52,806 nt of DNA, taken from assembly GCA_000388065.2 (NCBI GenBank), contig KB932206.1. One strand, given 5' to 3'. Shown one piece after another: positions 9,164 to 21,554 of this stretch. The notes under the pieces are model-generated. The model searched no databases and was not told the origin of the DNA. It worked only from the letters and a program-made list of their open reading frames with translations. A program made the translations under genes and the position numbers. Each line of letters starts with the position of its first letter. The stretch's first letter is position 1. This DNA is from Fonticula alba ATCC 38817 (lineage: Eukaryota; Protista; Nucleariida).

Positions 9164-10713
9164 CCCGGTGGGCTGGCGAGCTGGCGCGCGGGACTTGAGG
9201 CCGGGTTGACCCTGGGAAGGGCACTACTTCCGGCGTGTGTGCGCGCGTGCCCGGGGGCGATGGGGCCGGGCACGGCCGCGCGGAGCAGGGCCGCACACCC
9301 AGAGGGGGAAAGGGCGAGGGGGGCGTCGTTCGGCCTCCTCAAGAACCAGGGCTGGAAGGGCGGCCGGAAGCACCAAGCCACAAGGGGCCCGGCCAATGGC
9401 AACGGGCTGGCGGTCCACCAAGCAGGCAATGGAGCTCGGCCTGTGCGTGTGCACATGTGTGCGCGTGGCCGTGTATGCGGCGTCGGCCCTGGGAGTCGGC
9501 GGCCGCCGGTGCGCGATCCACCCGCGAATGCTGGCCGCGGCCGTGCCTCCGGGGGCCATTCGGCCCGTGCACACGCATGCATGTGCCGGGCTGGGACCAT
9601 GGCCATATGCATATATATATATNNNNNNNNNNNNNNNNNNNNNNNNNNNNNNNNNNNNNNNNNNNNNNNNNNNNNNNNNNNNNNNNNNNNNNNNNNNNNN
9701 NNNNNNNNNNNNNNNNNNNNNNNNNNNNNNNNNNNNNNNNNNNNNNNNNNNNNNNNNNNNNNNNNNNNNNNNNNNNNNNNNNNNNNNNNNNNNNNNNNNN
9801 NNNNNNNNNNNNNNNNNNNNNNNNNNNNNNNNNNNNNNNNNNNNNNNNNNNNNNNNNNNNNNNNNNNNNNNNNNNNNNNNNNNCCCCCCCCCCCCCCCCT
9901 TGTCCCTCGTCTGACAGCTGCAGGACCCCGCCTGTGGGCATTCCCCCCGGCCGGGAGGCGGCTGGCGGCGCGGGCCGTGGGAATGCGACGGGGCACACGT
10001 GGAACGCGCGCCATTGCTAGAAAGGGCAATTGCAGCAGGTCGGCATGAGGCCGTGGAATGGAAGAGCCCGGAGCATATGGTTTCCGGCCCGCTGGCTCAG
10101 GGGAGTTCGCTCGGATGAGCGGCCTGGAATGGCCGGGCCCCCTCTGCGCACGCGCGCGCGCCCTCTTGGGGGAATTAGCACCAGACAGGCAGACAGACAG
10201 ACAGACACACACACACACACACACGAGCCGATGGACACGTATCATTCCATGGCGCCAGAGGCCGGGAGACGCGTGGCCCGGAGGACCTGGCTTGGGAGGT
10301 CTGCTTGGAGGAGGATGGCCGGCGCGCGATGGGCCCGCGCTCCGGGGGCGAGACGGCCCAATGCGCGCGAGCGCCGCGCTGTGCTTCATAGCCGAAGGTT
10401 GCGTCCTGCGGAGGGGTATGTTAGCCGGGAGGGAGCCCCACCCGGCAGGGGTCGGGCGCGTGGCAGGGCCCGGCCATGGGGGCCTCGGGCAAAAGTGCGA
10501 GAGCGTGAATATGTTGGGTCGGTTGGCGGCCCAGCGGGTTGGTGTGTTGGTGGTCCCATGTGTTGGTGTGTTGGTGTTCCGATGTGCTGGGGTGTTGGGG
10601 GACGTCGGCGCGCGTTGGTGCGCCAGCAGGCGAGCTGGCGCGCGGGCCGAGGGCGCCAGTGGAAAGGACCGCCCGGCGGCGTGGAGGTCCCGCGTCGAAG
10701 CCCAGAACGCCCG

Positions 10714-10716
10714 GCG

Positions 10717-10776
<60 letters not shown>
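10714..10776. repeat. Compound (GC)n(AC)n alternating purine-pyrimidine tract
   Basis: Direct reading. Confidence 0.95.
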
Positions 10777-10779
<3 letters not shown>

Positions 10780-11508
10780 CAAAAGGGCGCAAAGATGAGG
10801 GACCCCGTGCTCATCACCCTCGACCGCCGCGGGGCGCGCATACCGCGGCGCCGCGCGTTGGCCACGATGGGAAGTTGGTGCGAGTGGGGAGCCCATGAAG
10901 TGGGCACATATTTTCCGGCCGGCCGGCACACGCCCCCCCAGGTTGATTAGGGGGTGGGCGCACCCCTCACTTATGCCAGGTGCCAATGGAGGCCGGCCGA
11001 CCGGCGCCGGAGGAGACACCTTTCCCCCCTCCCCCCCTGCCCCTGGGCGCCGGGGGCGGGCAGCGGCCGCGGCCGAGCGGGGCCGCTCGGCCCAGGCCGC
11101 ACCTCGTACAGGGCACCCCCGGGGGGTGGGCGCCTCTCGGGAGAGGCGGCCCACCGGCTTCTCAAGGGGGAAATGCCCCGGCGCAGGTGGGGGGCTCTGT
11201 CGTGTGCCCGGTCGCACGGGCGCCGCGGGCCACCGGAGGGAGGCCCGGCACGGTCGGGCGCCTGGCCAGCCGCCGGGCCGAAGCACGCGCATGCCGACCG
11301 GCCTGCCCTCCCCCATGCGCCGCCGGCCAGGAGGGGCCGGGGATGTGAGGCTCTCCCGGGGGCAAGGCCGGCAGGCGCACCGAGGCCGCGGCTCGCCCGG
11401 GCCCGCCAGGCCTCCGGCCGGCCGGCCACCGGACCCGGCACCCGCGGCGGCGTGCCGCATCCCCCGGGGGCAAGAGGCGGCCGCAGCACCCCGCACCCAC
11501 CGGCGCCC

Positions 11509-11515
11509 TATAAAA
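11509..11515 (+). promoter_or_regulatory. Putative TATA box of the Cys-rich surface protein gene
   Basis: TATAAAA in very GC-rich context, about 170 nt upstream of ATG 11685, followed by a (CT)n leader. Confidence 0.6.
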
Positions 11516-11573
11516 GCCGGCGGTAGCAAGCGACCCGTCCACAGGGAAGGCCACCACTCTCCGTGTTGCCTGG

Positions 11574-11578
11574 CTCTC

Positions 11579-11616
<38 letters not shown>
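11574..11616. repeat. (CT)n tract in the putative 5' leader
   Basis: Direct reading. Confidence 0.9.
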
Positions 11617-11618
<2 letters not shown>

Positions 11619-11684
11619 CCCCCTCCCCCAAACCTACCTACCCTCTCTCGGTCTTCTCCGGGGAAAAGATCCCGCCCGCCGGTC

Positions 11685-14600
11685 ATGCGACGCGATCACC
11701 CTCCCCCCGGCCGGGCCAGGGCCGCGGTCCTGAGCCTGCTTCTGCTGCTGGCCCTGGTGGCGTCGGTCGTGGCAGCGGTCAAGGCGGCCGCCTGCCCGAC
11801 CGGGCACTATGCCAACCAGCAGGGGGACTGCCTGCCCTGCGACCTGTCGTGCAAGGAGTGCGACGATGGGACATCCTGCTTCCAGTGCCAGACGGGCCTG
11901 GGGTTCCTTTCGTCCGACCCGACGGTGCCCAGCCTGTGTACGGGCCTCTGCCCGATGGGGCAGTTCCTGAATCACGAAGGAACGGCTCGGTGCACGCCGT
12001 GCGGCCCATCGTGCCTTGATTGCCCGTACTCCGACAGCCAATGCAGTGCATGCGCGGCGGCCTTCGGCTGGGAGAACGGACTTAGCCCGGGCAGTCCCAG
12101 GTCCACGTCGCCATGCATCGCCTGCCCGGCGAATTGCACCACCTGCCACAAGGCGGACGGTTGGAACCGCTGTCACTCCTGCAAGCCGGGCGCCGGGCTG
12201 GACGGGGCCGGGAATTGCATCAGCACGCCCACGTCCGATGGCAGGTGGCTGGATGAAGCCACGGGACGGCTGCTGACTTGCGACCCGACGTGCGCCGCGT
12301 GCAGCGGCCCGCGGGCCGAGGACTGTACCCGGTGCCGGGCGAACTGGCGCCTGGAGGCGGTCCCGGCCGGCGGCCGTGGGGCCTGCGTGTCGGACTGCCC
12401 GGCCGGCGAGTACCCCTCGGCCGGCAGCCCGACCGGCTGCGCGGCGTGCCATGCCTCCTGCGCCACCTGCTTCGGGGGGCTGGACAACCAGTGCCTCTCC
12501 TGCCGGAGTGGCCGGCCGCTGCAGGGGCAGAAGTGCGTCCTGTCCTGCTCGGACCGGCACTATGAGGCCCTTGGCCGGTGTGAGCAGTGCCACCCCGCCT
12601 GTGACCAGTGCACCGGGCCCAGCAACATGGACTGCGTGGGGGCCTGCCCGCGTCGGCTGGTGTCGCTCACGGGCCCGGGGCCGGATGAAGAGGCCTGCCT
12701 GACCCGATGCCCGGAACGCATGGGCCGCGGCCCGGCCGACAAGTGCGTCGATTGCGGGGACCACTGTGTCTCGTGCGCGCTCGCCAGCCTGGTCGACCCC
12801 GAGCCGAGGATCGAATGCAAGAAGTGCGATGTGGGATGGCTGCTGGACCATCGGAGCAGGGGCTGCGTGGCCGAATGCCCGCCCGGGACCGTGGCCATCG
12901 GGCTGGAGTGTGTGCAATGCATGCCGAGCTGCGCCCAGTGCTATGGGCCCATGGCGAAGCACTGCATCACCTGCCAGCCGGACCACCCCTTCCATGTGAA
13001 TGGCTCTTGCCTGGCCTCCTGCCCGGAGCGGATGTACCCCTCGTCGGAGGGCCAGTGCTCGCCGTGCGACGCCAGCTGCTTGACATGCTCCGGCCCGGGC
13101 AGCAGCCAGTGCACCAGCTGCTGGCAGGACCAAGCCCTGACGGTGGGGGGGAGGTGCGCGACTTACTGCCCGGCGGGGGAGTTCCGAACCGATGAGCCCC
13201 CTTCGCCGGGCTACGTGTGCGGCAGTTGCCCGGACCGGTGCATCTCCTGTCACGACGCCAAACGGTGCACCCACTGCAACGAGGACACCTTCCTGCATGA
13301 GGGGGCCTGTCATGGGGCGTGCCCAAGTGGGACGGCCTCGTGCATGGAGAATCGCCAGTGCGAGAGGTGCCCGCCATTGTGCGATGAGTGCACCGCGACG
13401 ATGGTGGACGGGATGGGCCACTGCCGCGTCGAGTGCCTTGCCTGTGAGGAGGGCCTCTTTTTGGATCCCGCCACGGGCCGGTGTGATTACAGCTGTCCGG
13501 ATGAGCAGGTCCCCGTGGATGAGGGTAGCAGTGTGTGCGGGCCCTGTGCGGAGGGCTGTTTGACATGCTTGGGCACGGTGGATCGGTGCACAACATGCCC
13601 GGAATCGGCCACATGGCTGAGGTACGACACGAGCACCTGCCAGGAGCAATGCCCGGAGGAGGGCTTTGGCACGCTCTTCCTCAAGCAACACTACGGCATG
13701 GGGTGGGTCAATGTGTGCAGACCCTGCCCGGCCGGGTGCGACACCTGCATGGACCCCAAGTCCAAAGAATCGTGCGAGTTTTTGCGGGACACCGGGCGCC
13801 TGCATTGTCCGTGGGAGATGCGCTGCCAAGCCTGCGCCGAGCCATTGCTGTACTTGGCCGAGAGCAACACCTGCACGGACAGCTGCCCGGCCGGGACATT
13901 TGCCGACCCCGATGCCCGGCATGCGACTATTCCCTCGTGCGTCAAGTGCCCGGGTGGCTGTCTCAGCTGCACGGGACCGGACCCGGCCGAGTGCACGCAA
14001 AAGGACAAGGAGGAAGAAGGCAAGTCCTCGAAGCGGCGGCTAGGTACGCGCTGGCGGCCCTGGGCCTGCCCCTGTGGGCGGGGGGGGGGGGGGGGGGGGG
14101 GGGAAGGCCGGGGCTGGGGGGCCCAAGCCCCGGGGGGTCCTTTGGCCCCGCGNNNNNNNNNNGTGCACGCAAAAGGACAAGGAGGAAGAAGGCAAGATGT
14201 GGCAGCGGCGGCTAGGTACGCGCTGGCGGCCCTGGGCCTGCCCCTGTGGGCGGGGGGGGGGGGGGGCGGAGGGCGAAGGCCGGGGCTGGCGGGCCCAAGC
14301 CCCGGGGGGTCCTTTGGCCCCGCGTGTGGCGGGCTCCGGGTTTTTTTTTGGGTTTGTCCTTTTCCCCGCGCGACTGACGCGCACTCGTGCAACCAGCCAT
14401 CGGCCTCGGGGTGGGCCTGGGCATCCTGGCATTGGTCTTGGTGGCCGGCGCCGTGGCCGCCTTCTTCATTCTGCGCGGCCGCGGGGCATCCGCCAACAAG
14501 GGTGCGTCCGGCTGGCCGGCTGGCCGGGGGGAGGCGGGGGGGCCGGCGAGGGCTGCGATGGCCAGGTGACTGACACTCGGTGGGCCCCTGCTGGGCGACG

Positions 14601-14808
14601 CGCTGCGACTTTCTTCTCCCGTCCGGGGCGGTGGGGCGCGTCTGCGCAGACGCCTTCCCCATGAGCGCGATCCACGGTGCGTATGCGGAGAGCTCCCCTT
14701 CTCCCTGTGCGGCGGGGCGGGGCGGGGCCGGTGGGGGTGGGCCGGGCAGCCTCCGGGTGCGATGTGCTAACAGAGCCATGTGTCCCCTCGCGCCGCGGCG
14801 CAGACTGA
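11685..14808 (+). CDS. Type I membrane protein with a long furin-like/CXXC ectodomain and short cytoplasmic tail; predicted exons 11685-14043, 14397-14501, 14650-14676, 14804-14808
   Basis: Signal peptide AAVLSLLLLLALVASVVAA; about 750 aa of CxxC repeats. Donors GTACGC (14044), GTGCGT (14502, 14677); branch-like CTGAC/CTAAC and CAG acceptors (14396, 14649, 14803). Splicing is phase-consistent and gives ...KSSKRRLAIGLGVGLGILALVLVAGAVAAFFILRGRGASANKDAFPMSAIHD*. Confidence 0.9.
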
Positions 14809-15806
14809 GTGCATGTCGCGGGGCCGGGCGTTCGCGCGCCACGCGGCAGGGCCACTTGCCGAGCGAGCGCACATGCGGGGGGGCTCCCCGGGCCGCTGGC
14901 GCTTTTTGTTCCGAATACACTCGCCGCTCGCATGGGCCGCTGCTGTGGTGCTTTTTTTTGGTCGGCAATCCGACAAGAAGACGGTCTCGCGCGCTGAGGC
15001 GACGCGGGGCCAGGGCCGGGGCCGGCCCGTGGTGTGCGGGGGGAGAGCTGCTCGCGGCCATGGGCAGGCGGAGGGAGGGGAGCGGGCACTGCGCCTCGGG
15101 GTCTTTTTCGAGAGGTGTCCCACGGTGCGCCGGAGGGGGGAGGGCCGGCGATGCGGGCCTGTGGGAAGAAGAGAAACCCCCACGGCGGGGGGTGGCGGCG
15201 CGGTGCGCCGTCGTCCGGGCGGATGGCGCCTGGGCTTCGTGTGGTTTTGTTCTTCCTCCTTTGCGCGGCCCAGGGGGGCAGGAGGCCTCGGACCATGGGC
15301 TGGTCTCGCTCCGTCGAGGGGGGGGGGGGGGGGGGGGCAGGGGGAGGGCGAGCAAGAAAGCAGGGCNNNNNNNNNNTGCGCGGCCCAGGGGGGCAGGAGG
15401 CCTCGGACCAGGGGACGGCATCGTGCCGGCGGCCGGCGCACGGCGCCGGGGGCAGGGGGAGGGCGAGCAAGAAAGCAGGGCACCGGGGCCGGCCCGAGGC
15501 GAGGCCCGCCGACCTGGCTGGCGGCCGGGACAGGGCGCGCCCAAGGTGCATGGTCGGCCAGGTGCGCGCCGGCACCCCGGGCGCAGGCGGGCGTGGCCGG
15601 TGCTGCTGGTGCGCCGGCCGCCCCCCGGGCCCGCGAAGCGCATGGCGAGACAGTGTGCCAGGGGGCGGTCCGGCGGCCGGGCTTGCACGCCCCCCCTCCC
15701 GGCGGAGCATGGCCCACGTCCGGGCTGGTGCTCTGGCGGCCGCGAGGATCTTGGCGCGCACGCGCGGCCAGAGAGCCTCCCCAAAAGCGGGGCGAGCAAA
15801 AGGAAA

Positions 15807-15879
15807 TTCCCATACCGGGACTCGAACCCGGGTCTCGTGGGTGAGAGCCACGTATCCTAACCACCTAGACTATATGGGA
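15807..15879 (-). tRNA. tRNA-Glu (CTC)
   Basis: Reverse complement TCCCATATAGTCTAGGTGGTTAGGATACGTGGCTCTCACCCACGAGACCCGGGTTCGAGTCCCGGTATGGGAA; anticodon arm CGTGG-CTCTCAC-CCACG; TTTT downstream. Confidence 0.96.
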
Positions 15880-16710
15880 GGGGTGAGTGATGAGGGCGCA
15901 AGGAGGCCTTTTGTGCCTTCGGCGAGGGGGGCCTCGCTTGCGCCCCCAGGCGCCCCCCACGAAGCAGGTTGGCAAGCGCTCGGTGGGGGGGTGTCCCGGC
16001 AAAAAAAAAAAAAAAAAAAAAAGAAGGGGGGCTGCTATGCCGGACCAGGAACATGACCAAGGAAGGGGCCATAGAAGCGGCGACCGGGCTGCCAGGGGGC
16101 GGCACAGGCCCCACCGGGAGACCCTTTCGCCGGGGGCGTGGAGGGGACTCCTTGCTCGTGGGTGCGGGTGCGCCGGGCGGATGAGGCACTCGGTGAAGGG
16201 GTCGGAGGGGGGGGGGCCGGGCTGGGGGCGACCTGCCTTGGTGATCGACGGCGGGGCGGGGCAGAAGAGACGCCCGGGCGGCGGGCGGCCGATGCGCGGC
16301 TCGGGAACCGGCGAGGGCGCGGCAAGGGCCACCGTGAGGCCCGGTGCCGGGCACCCCCGTCGGGCGAGCCGGCGCCGGAAGATGAGCTGCGCGTGGTTTC
16401 GGAGGGGGAAAGGCAATGCCGAGGCATGGCTATGGTAGGGCATGTTGGCTGATCGGACGCAGAGCGTGCCACTGGGCCGGGCCCGGAGGGGGGGGGGGGG
16501 CATCATGAAGTTGTTGGGCGCAGGCGAGGAGCAGGCCCACCGAGGCCCAAGGGGAGGGCGGCCGGGAGGCAGTGCCGGTATTGTCCCGGGCGGAGGGGGC
16601 GCGATGTGGCGGTGGCCCGGGCTGCTGGTCAAGCGGGGGATGTGTGGCGAGGAAGCGCCGCAGAGCAGGGTGAGCACGTCCGGGGGCCCTGCTGCCGGGG
16701 ACGCATGTGC

Positions 16711-16793
16711 GGCGGGCGGGCGGGCGGGCGGGCGGGCGGGCGGGCGGGCGGGCGGACGGGCGGGCGGACGGGCGGGCGGGCGGGCGGGCGGGC
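16711..16793. repeat. (GGGC)n tetranucleotide repeat with two GGAC variants
   Basis: Direct reading. Confidence 0.93.
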
Positions 16794-19700
16794 GCGGGAT
16801 GCGCCATCCGCGTGGAGGAGACCTGGGCGGCGGCGAATGTGCCCGGGGAAGGGCGCCGCGTTTGACGGCGCCCCGGGGCCTCCGTGGCGGACACCGGATG
16901 CAACCGGGGCCCGAGGCGGCCGGGCACAGCGCCGAGGCGGGCAGCCCGTCGCGGGCCGGGTGAGCGAGCAAGCGCCATGGGGCCCGGGCCATCGGATGAT
17001 GAGGGGCCCGACCGGGGGCGGCCCCGGTGATACTTATGGGGGGCCAGCCCGGAGCTCGGCCGTGCCGGGGACCCGGGGCAGGGCGCCGGCCCTCGGGCCC
17101 ATCGATATCTCGACCACGGAGGGGACCGGGCGGGCCCGAGATCGCCCCCTGGTCGTGGATTCCTTCGGAGGGGGGCCGTCGCCACGCCCAAAGGCCAGGC
17201 CGTACCATGGATCCGCGCAGCAAGAGGCGGAGCGGGGGCCTGCTTCGGGGCGCTCGTTCGCGGCCCGGGACCTGGCGCCGCCTTCGGGCCGGGGAGCCGA
17301 GCCAGCGCCTTTTGGCGGTCTGGGGGCCGGGGCATGGAGGCCCGCGCGCCGGGCGAGGAGGATCCGGAGTGCGGGGGGGGGGGATGCCGCGCGCGTGTCC
17401 GGGCCCCGGGGCGCCGGGGCCCTTCTCGTATGTGTTGCGAGGGCGTCGCGGCGCGGGGATGCCACCGGCCGCTGCCGCATGCCAACGCATGGACCTTGCT
17501 CGCCCGGCGGTCGGGGGGGAATACCGGCGGGAGGGGTGAAAAGGGAGCATTAATATATGCACGGCGGCCGCGGGTGGCTTTTATTTTGGGTGCCTGGTTT
17601 CACCTGTGCCCCTGCTTCCTGCCCCCCCCCCCAGCCCAGGGCTGCGAGCGTCCCCCTGTGGCATGGCCCCCCGGCGCCTTGGGCATTTGTTTCTCGGTCC
17701 TTTCTCTCGCCGGTGCAGAGGCGGCATGGGTGCCACATCTTGACGCCGGGGCCTGGCGCGGCGGGCGGGGAGGGGCCGACGGACAGTGGACGCGCATCGC
17801 GCAAGGGGGCCGCACTGCGGCGCGGGCCCTCCTCCGGCGGGGTGTTGGTTGGTTGGCGACGGCCGGCTGCCGATCCACCCTACCATCCTCGTGCGGTCCC
17901 TCGCCCCCCTCCGCTGGCGGACACCGCCACGCCGGCCCAGCATGCCATTGCGCCTCGGTGCCGGCCCGGGCCCATCGATGGCCCCCGGCCCTTGCTACTC
18001 CAGCGCCGTCTGTTCCCCGCACTCCCCGCGGGCCGGGCCCGCCATTCCCATCGTCGAGGGGCCCATTCCGCGCGCCTGCCGCAAAGTGATTCCCCTCCCC
18101 CGGCTACATCTTCCCACAATCGGCCGAGCCCCGCACTCGGCCCTAGCCAGGCCCGCTCTCCGAGTCCCCTTCTCCCTCCCTGAGTCCCTCTCGCTCTCTG
18201 CAGCCGCTCTTCATGGTGTCGTTTGTTTCGTCGAGGACACCCTCCTGCGGCGGTGTCCCTTTCCCGGTGGACACTGCGGCACATGCCTCCACCATGTGTC
18301 GACCCGGCCGGGCCGACCATTCAACATCCCTCCCCGAACTGGCCAGCCACCCACGAGAGCCCCCTTTCGGCCGGCGGGGCAGCCTTCTTCCCGGTCCACA
18401 AACCCTCCCCGTGGAGGCCCCGGTCTTGGGCACCCTCCGCCCCCTGCATCCTTCCGGGCCACGACACAGCCCGCCCATCTCCTCGCCATCCAGACCACAC
18501 CCTCGGCCTGCCCGTCTGCCCGAGGCCCGCTTCCGCCGGACCACTCGCTCGACCGCCACGTCGAGCCCCGTGCACTCGCTACCTACATCCGCATTCACAT
18601 GGCCCACACGGGCCTCGGCCGGGGGGAGGGGTCCATCCTTCGGAGAGCCGGGCCGCTTCCCCACGCGCCAAAGGCCGGAGCCCCACCACACCCCGGGCCG
18701 TCCCGGAGATCACGACCCCCGCCGAGAGGCTCCGGCCTGCTCGGACGAGGGAAACCCCTTCGCCGGCGAGGACGCAAGGGACCTGCCCAAAGGGCGGGCC
18801 GAGCGTCCAAGCCGACTTCCCGGCATGTGCGCAGCCGCCTGCCCCGTGGTATCCCGGCCGAGGGGCGGCCACAGGGCAGCCGTCGATCGCCCCTTCGCGA
18901 AGACACTCCCCGGAGAACCGCCGGCCCGTGTCTCAGTCCCGGATGTGGCCTCTTGGCCGGGGGCTCCCGAGCACGCTTCCCCGCCACCCCACACCGAGCA
19001 GGCGCCTTCCGCCATGCCGGTATCCAGGAAGCGCGTCGATGCATCCTCGCCTCCGGTCGCGGAGGCAGCGTCGGCAAATCCGCCCGCCGCCCCGTTGGCC
19101 CCGGCGGCGCGGCACCCATCCCCCCTCCCCAGTGCACTCGGCGGCATCTTCCACCACCACAGCCACCGCCGGGCGGCCCATGCTGACGACATTGCACCGC
19201 TCGCCGACCCCAAGGGGGGGGGGGGCACACCGCTGGTGTGCCATCGGCCGATCAACCGGCACACTGGAGCCGGTGCCCGGCCGAGGGTCACTTGCCCCCC
19301 TCCTGCGGCAGCCTCTTCGGAGGCGTCAAGATGGGCCGCGGTCAAGTGGAGGTGCCTCCTCCGGGTGCTTGACCGCGCGCGGGATGTCCCGCCCCCCGCC
19401 CATCGGCGCCTTTGGGTGTGGCGGCCGCATGGGGCTGGTCCACGCTGCTCGCCGCCGAATGTCCCCCTCCGCCCGGGCAGGCGCCACACCGACAGCAAAG
19501 GCAGGCCCACCAGCATGGGCGACACGCTGGCATGGGACGTCAAAGCCGGCGACCACCGCCATGGCGGCTCCTCGCCAAGTACCCGGCTTCAGCCAGTCCT
19601 GTTCATTTGTGCAAATGCCTCGGGCACAGGCATGGGCGCGGGCCTCCTCCCGCCTGCCTCTCCGGCCCCTCGCGGCCCGGCCGGAATCCTTGCCACCCCC

Positions 19701-21554
19701 CCCCCCAGGGACCATGCCCCCACCCGGCGTCTTGTCGCCACTTTCCTCCCCCCCCCCCCCTGACGGCCCGCACGCAAGGGCAAGGCCGATGCCCGGGGCA
19801 CGGACGCGACGCCTTGGCCACCAGCCCGGCTCCCGCTCACTGGGCGGCGCCTCCTCCGCAATGGCCGCTCCGCCGCTGCCTCCGCGGGCCGCTCCCCCTC
19901 GATCCCTGTGTCGGGCTCAGCCTCTCCTGCGCCAGGGCCGATGTCGGTGCCTTTGCAGACCGGCCTGCTCGCCCTCTGGCCGGGGCGGCTGCTCCCTGAC
20001 GCCACGCCGATGGCCCTCGCCTGCTGCCCGAGCACTGACATCGCCCCGCCGAGTGCCGGGGATCCCCGGCCGCCCGGCTCGCTGCTCGCCCGATCCTGCA
20101 GCCCGGCCACTGCATGTCCTCTTGGCGGCGCCCTGATCGCGCCCGGCCCACGGATACCCGTGGCGCGTCGCCCCCCAGCCAGCGAGGCAAGCGCCCACCC
20201 AGACGGCGCCGCCCCCGTGCCGGGGACGGTATCCACCAGCCTCGGGGCAGGCTCGCCTCTCCGGGCCGATCCCCCGGCCGAGCTTCCCCCGCGTGGCCTG
20301 CCGCACATCCGGCCGCTCAGCATACCCCGACGTGGGCAGCAAGTAAGTCCGAGAGTGGCGCCCCCCTTCCCCACGCACCAGTCGTAAAACCTTCACCCTA
20401 GACCCTGCCGGCCTGCGCGGCCGCAATGGCAACATCCGGATCCCGGAGCCCCTCGGCATGGGATCCGCCCTTCCCTGGCGCCCGGCACCCTGGCCGGCAC
20501 ACAGCAGCGATGGAGCCCCCACCGCCGCCGCCGCCGCCGCCGCCCGAGAGCAGCCTCCCAGCCCAAGGCCTATGAGCGGCCGCTCGTGCCACCCGGGGCT
20601 GTGGTGCCTTCGCCGCAGCCCCCACGGTCCCGCGCGGCCCGACGACCCTCCAAGGCCCGGGCAGTGGTGGGCACCTTCTCGCGCGACATCGCACCATCCC
20701 CCCTGGCGCCTCTCGGGCCCATGACCCGGGCACCGCCCCCATCCGGGCCAAGCAATGAACGCATGCTCGACTCGGCCCTGTGGCGCGATGGCCCCCGCAA
20801 AAGGCGCAGCCCTCGCCTCCCGGTCGCCCGCCGCTGGCAGCCCGACGGCCTGGCCGGAGGAGCCCCCGCAAGCAGGTGCAATGGCCATGCCCCGCGATCG
20901 ACCCCCCGCCCNNNNNNNNNNNNNNNNNNNNNNNNNNNNNNNNNNNNNNNNNNNNNNNNNNNNNNNNNNNNNNNNNNNNNNNNNNNNNNNNNNNNNNNNN
21001 NNNNNNNNNNNNNNNNNNNNNNNNNNNNNNNNNNNNNNNNNNNNNNNNNNNNNNNNNNNNNNNNNNNNNNNNNNNNNNNNNNNNNNNNNNNNNNNNNNNN
21101 NNNNNNNNNNNNNNNNNNNNNNNNNNNNNNNNNNNNNNNNNNNNNNNNNNNNNNNNNNNNNNNNNNNNNNNNNNNNNNNNNNNNNNNNNNNNNNNNNNNN
21201 NNNNNNNNNNNNNNNNNNNNNNNNNNNNNNNNNNNNNNNNNNNNNNNNNNNNNNNNNNNNNNNNNNNNNNNNNNNNNNNNNNNNNNNNNNNNNNNNNNNN
21301 NNNNNNNNNNNNNNNNNNNNNNNNNNNNNNNNNNNNNNNNNNNNNNNNNNNNNNNNNNNNNNNNNNNNNNNNNNNNNNNNNNNNNCCCTGGCTCGTGCAC
21401 GGTGCCTCCCGGAGTCCCAAGTGCGAGGGCCCCTCCACCCGACCGCCCGGGTCGAGCGGGTCATCTTTCCTCCCTTTCTCTTCTCTTCTCTCTCTCTCCC
21501 TCTGTCTCTCTTTCTTCTTCACTCCCCTCTGTCCGGCCCCTTCGGCGTATTTTG

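Noticed and set aside
13991-14324. Apparent ~162-bp tandem duplication of the exon end and intron start (13991-14152 vs 14163-14324)
   Set aside because: The copies sit either side of a 10-N gap and differ mainly around G-runs, typical of an unmerged contig overlap. It also makes the 962-aa track ORF a chimera.
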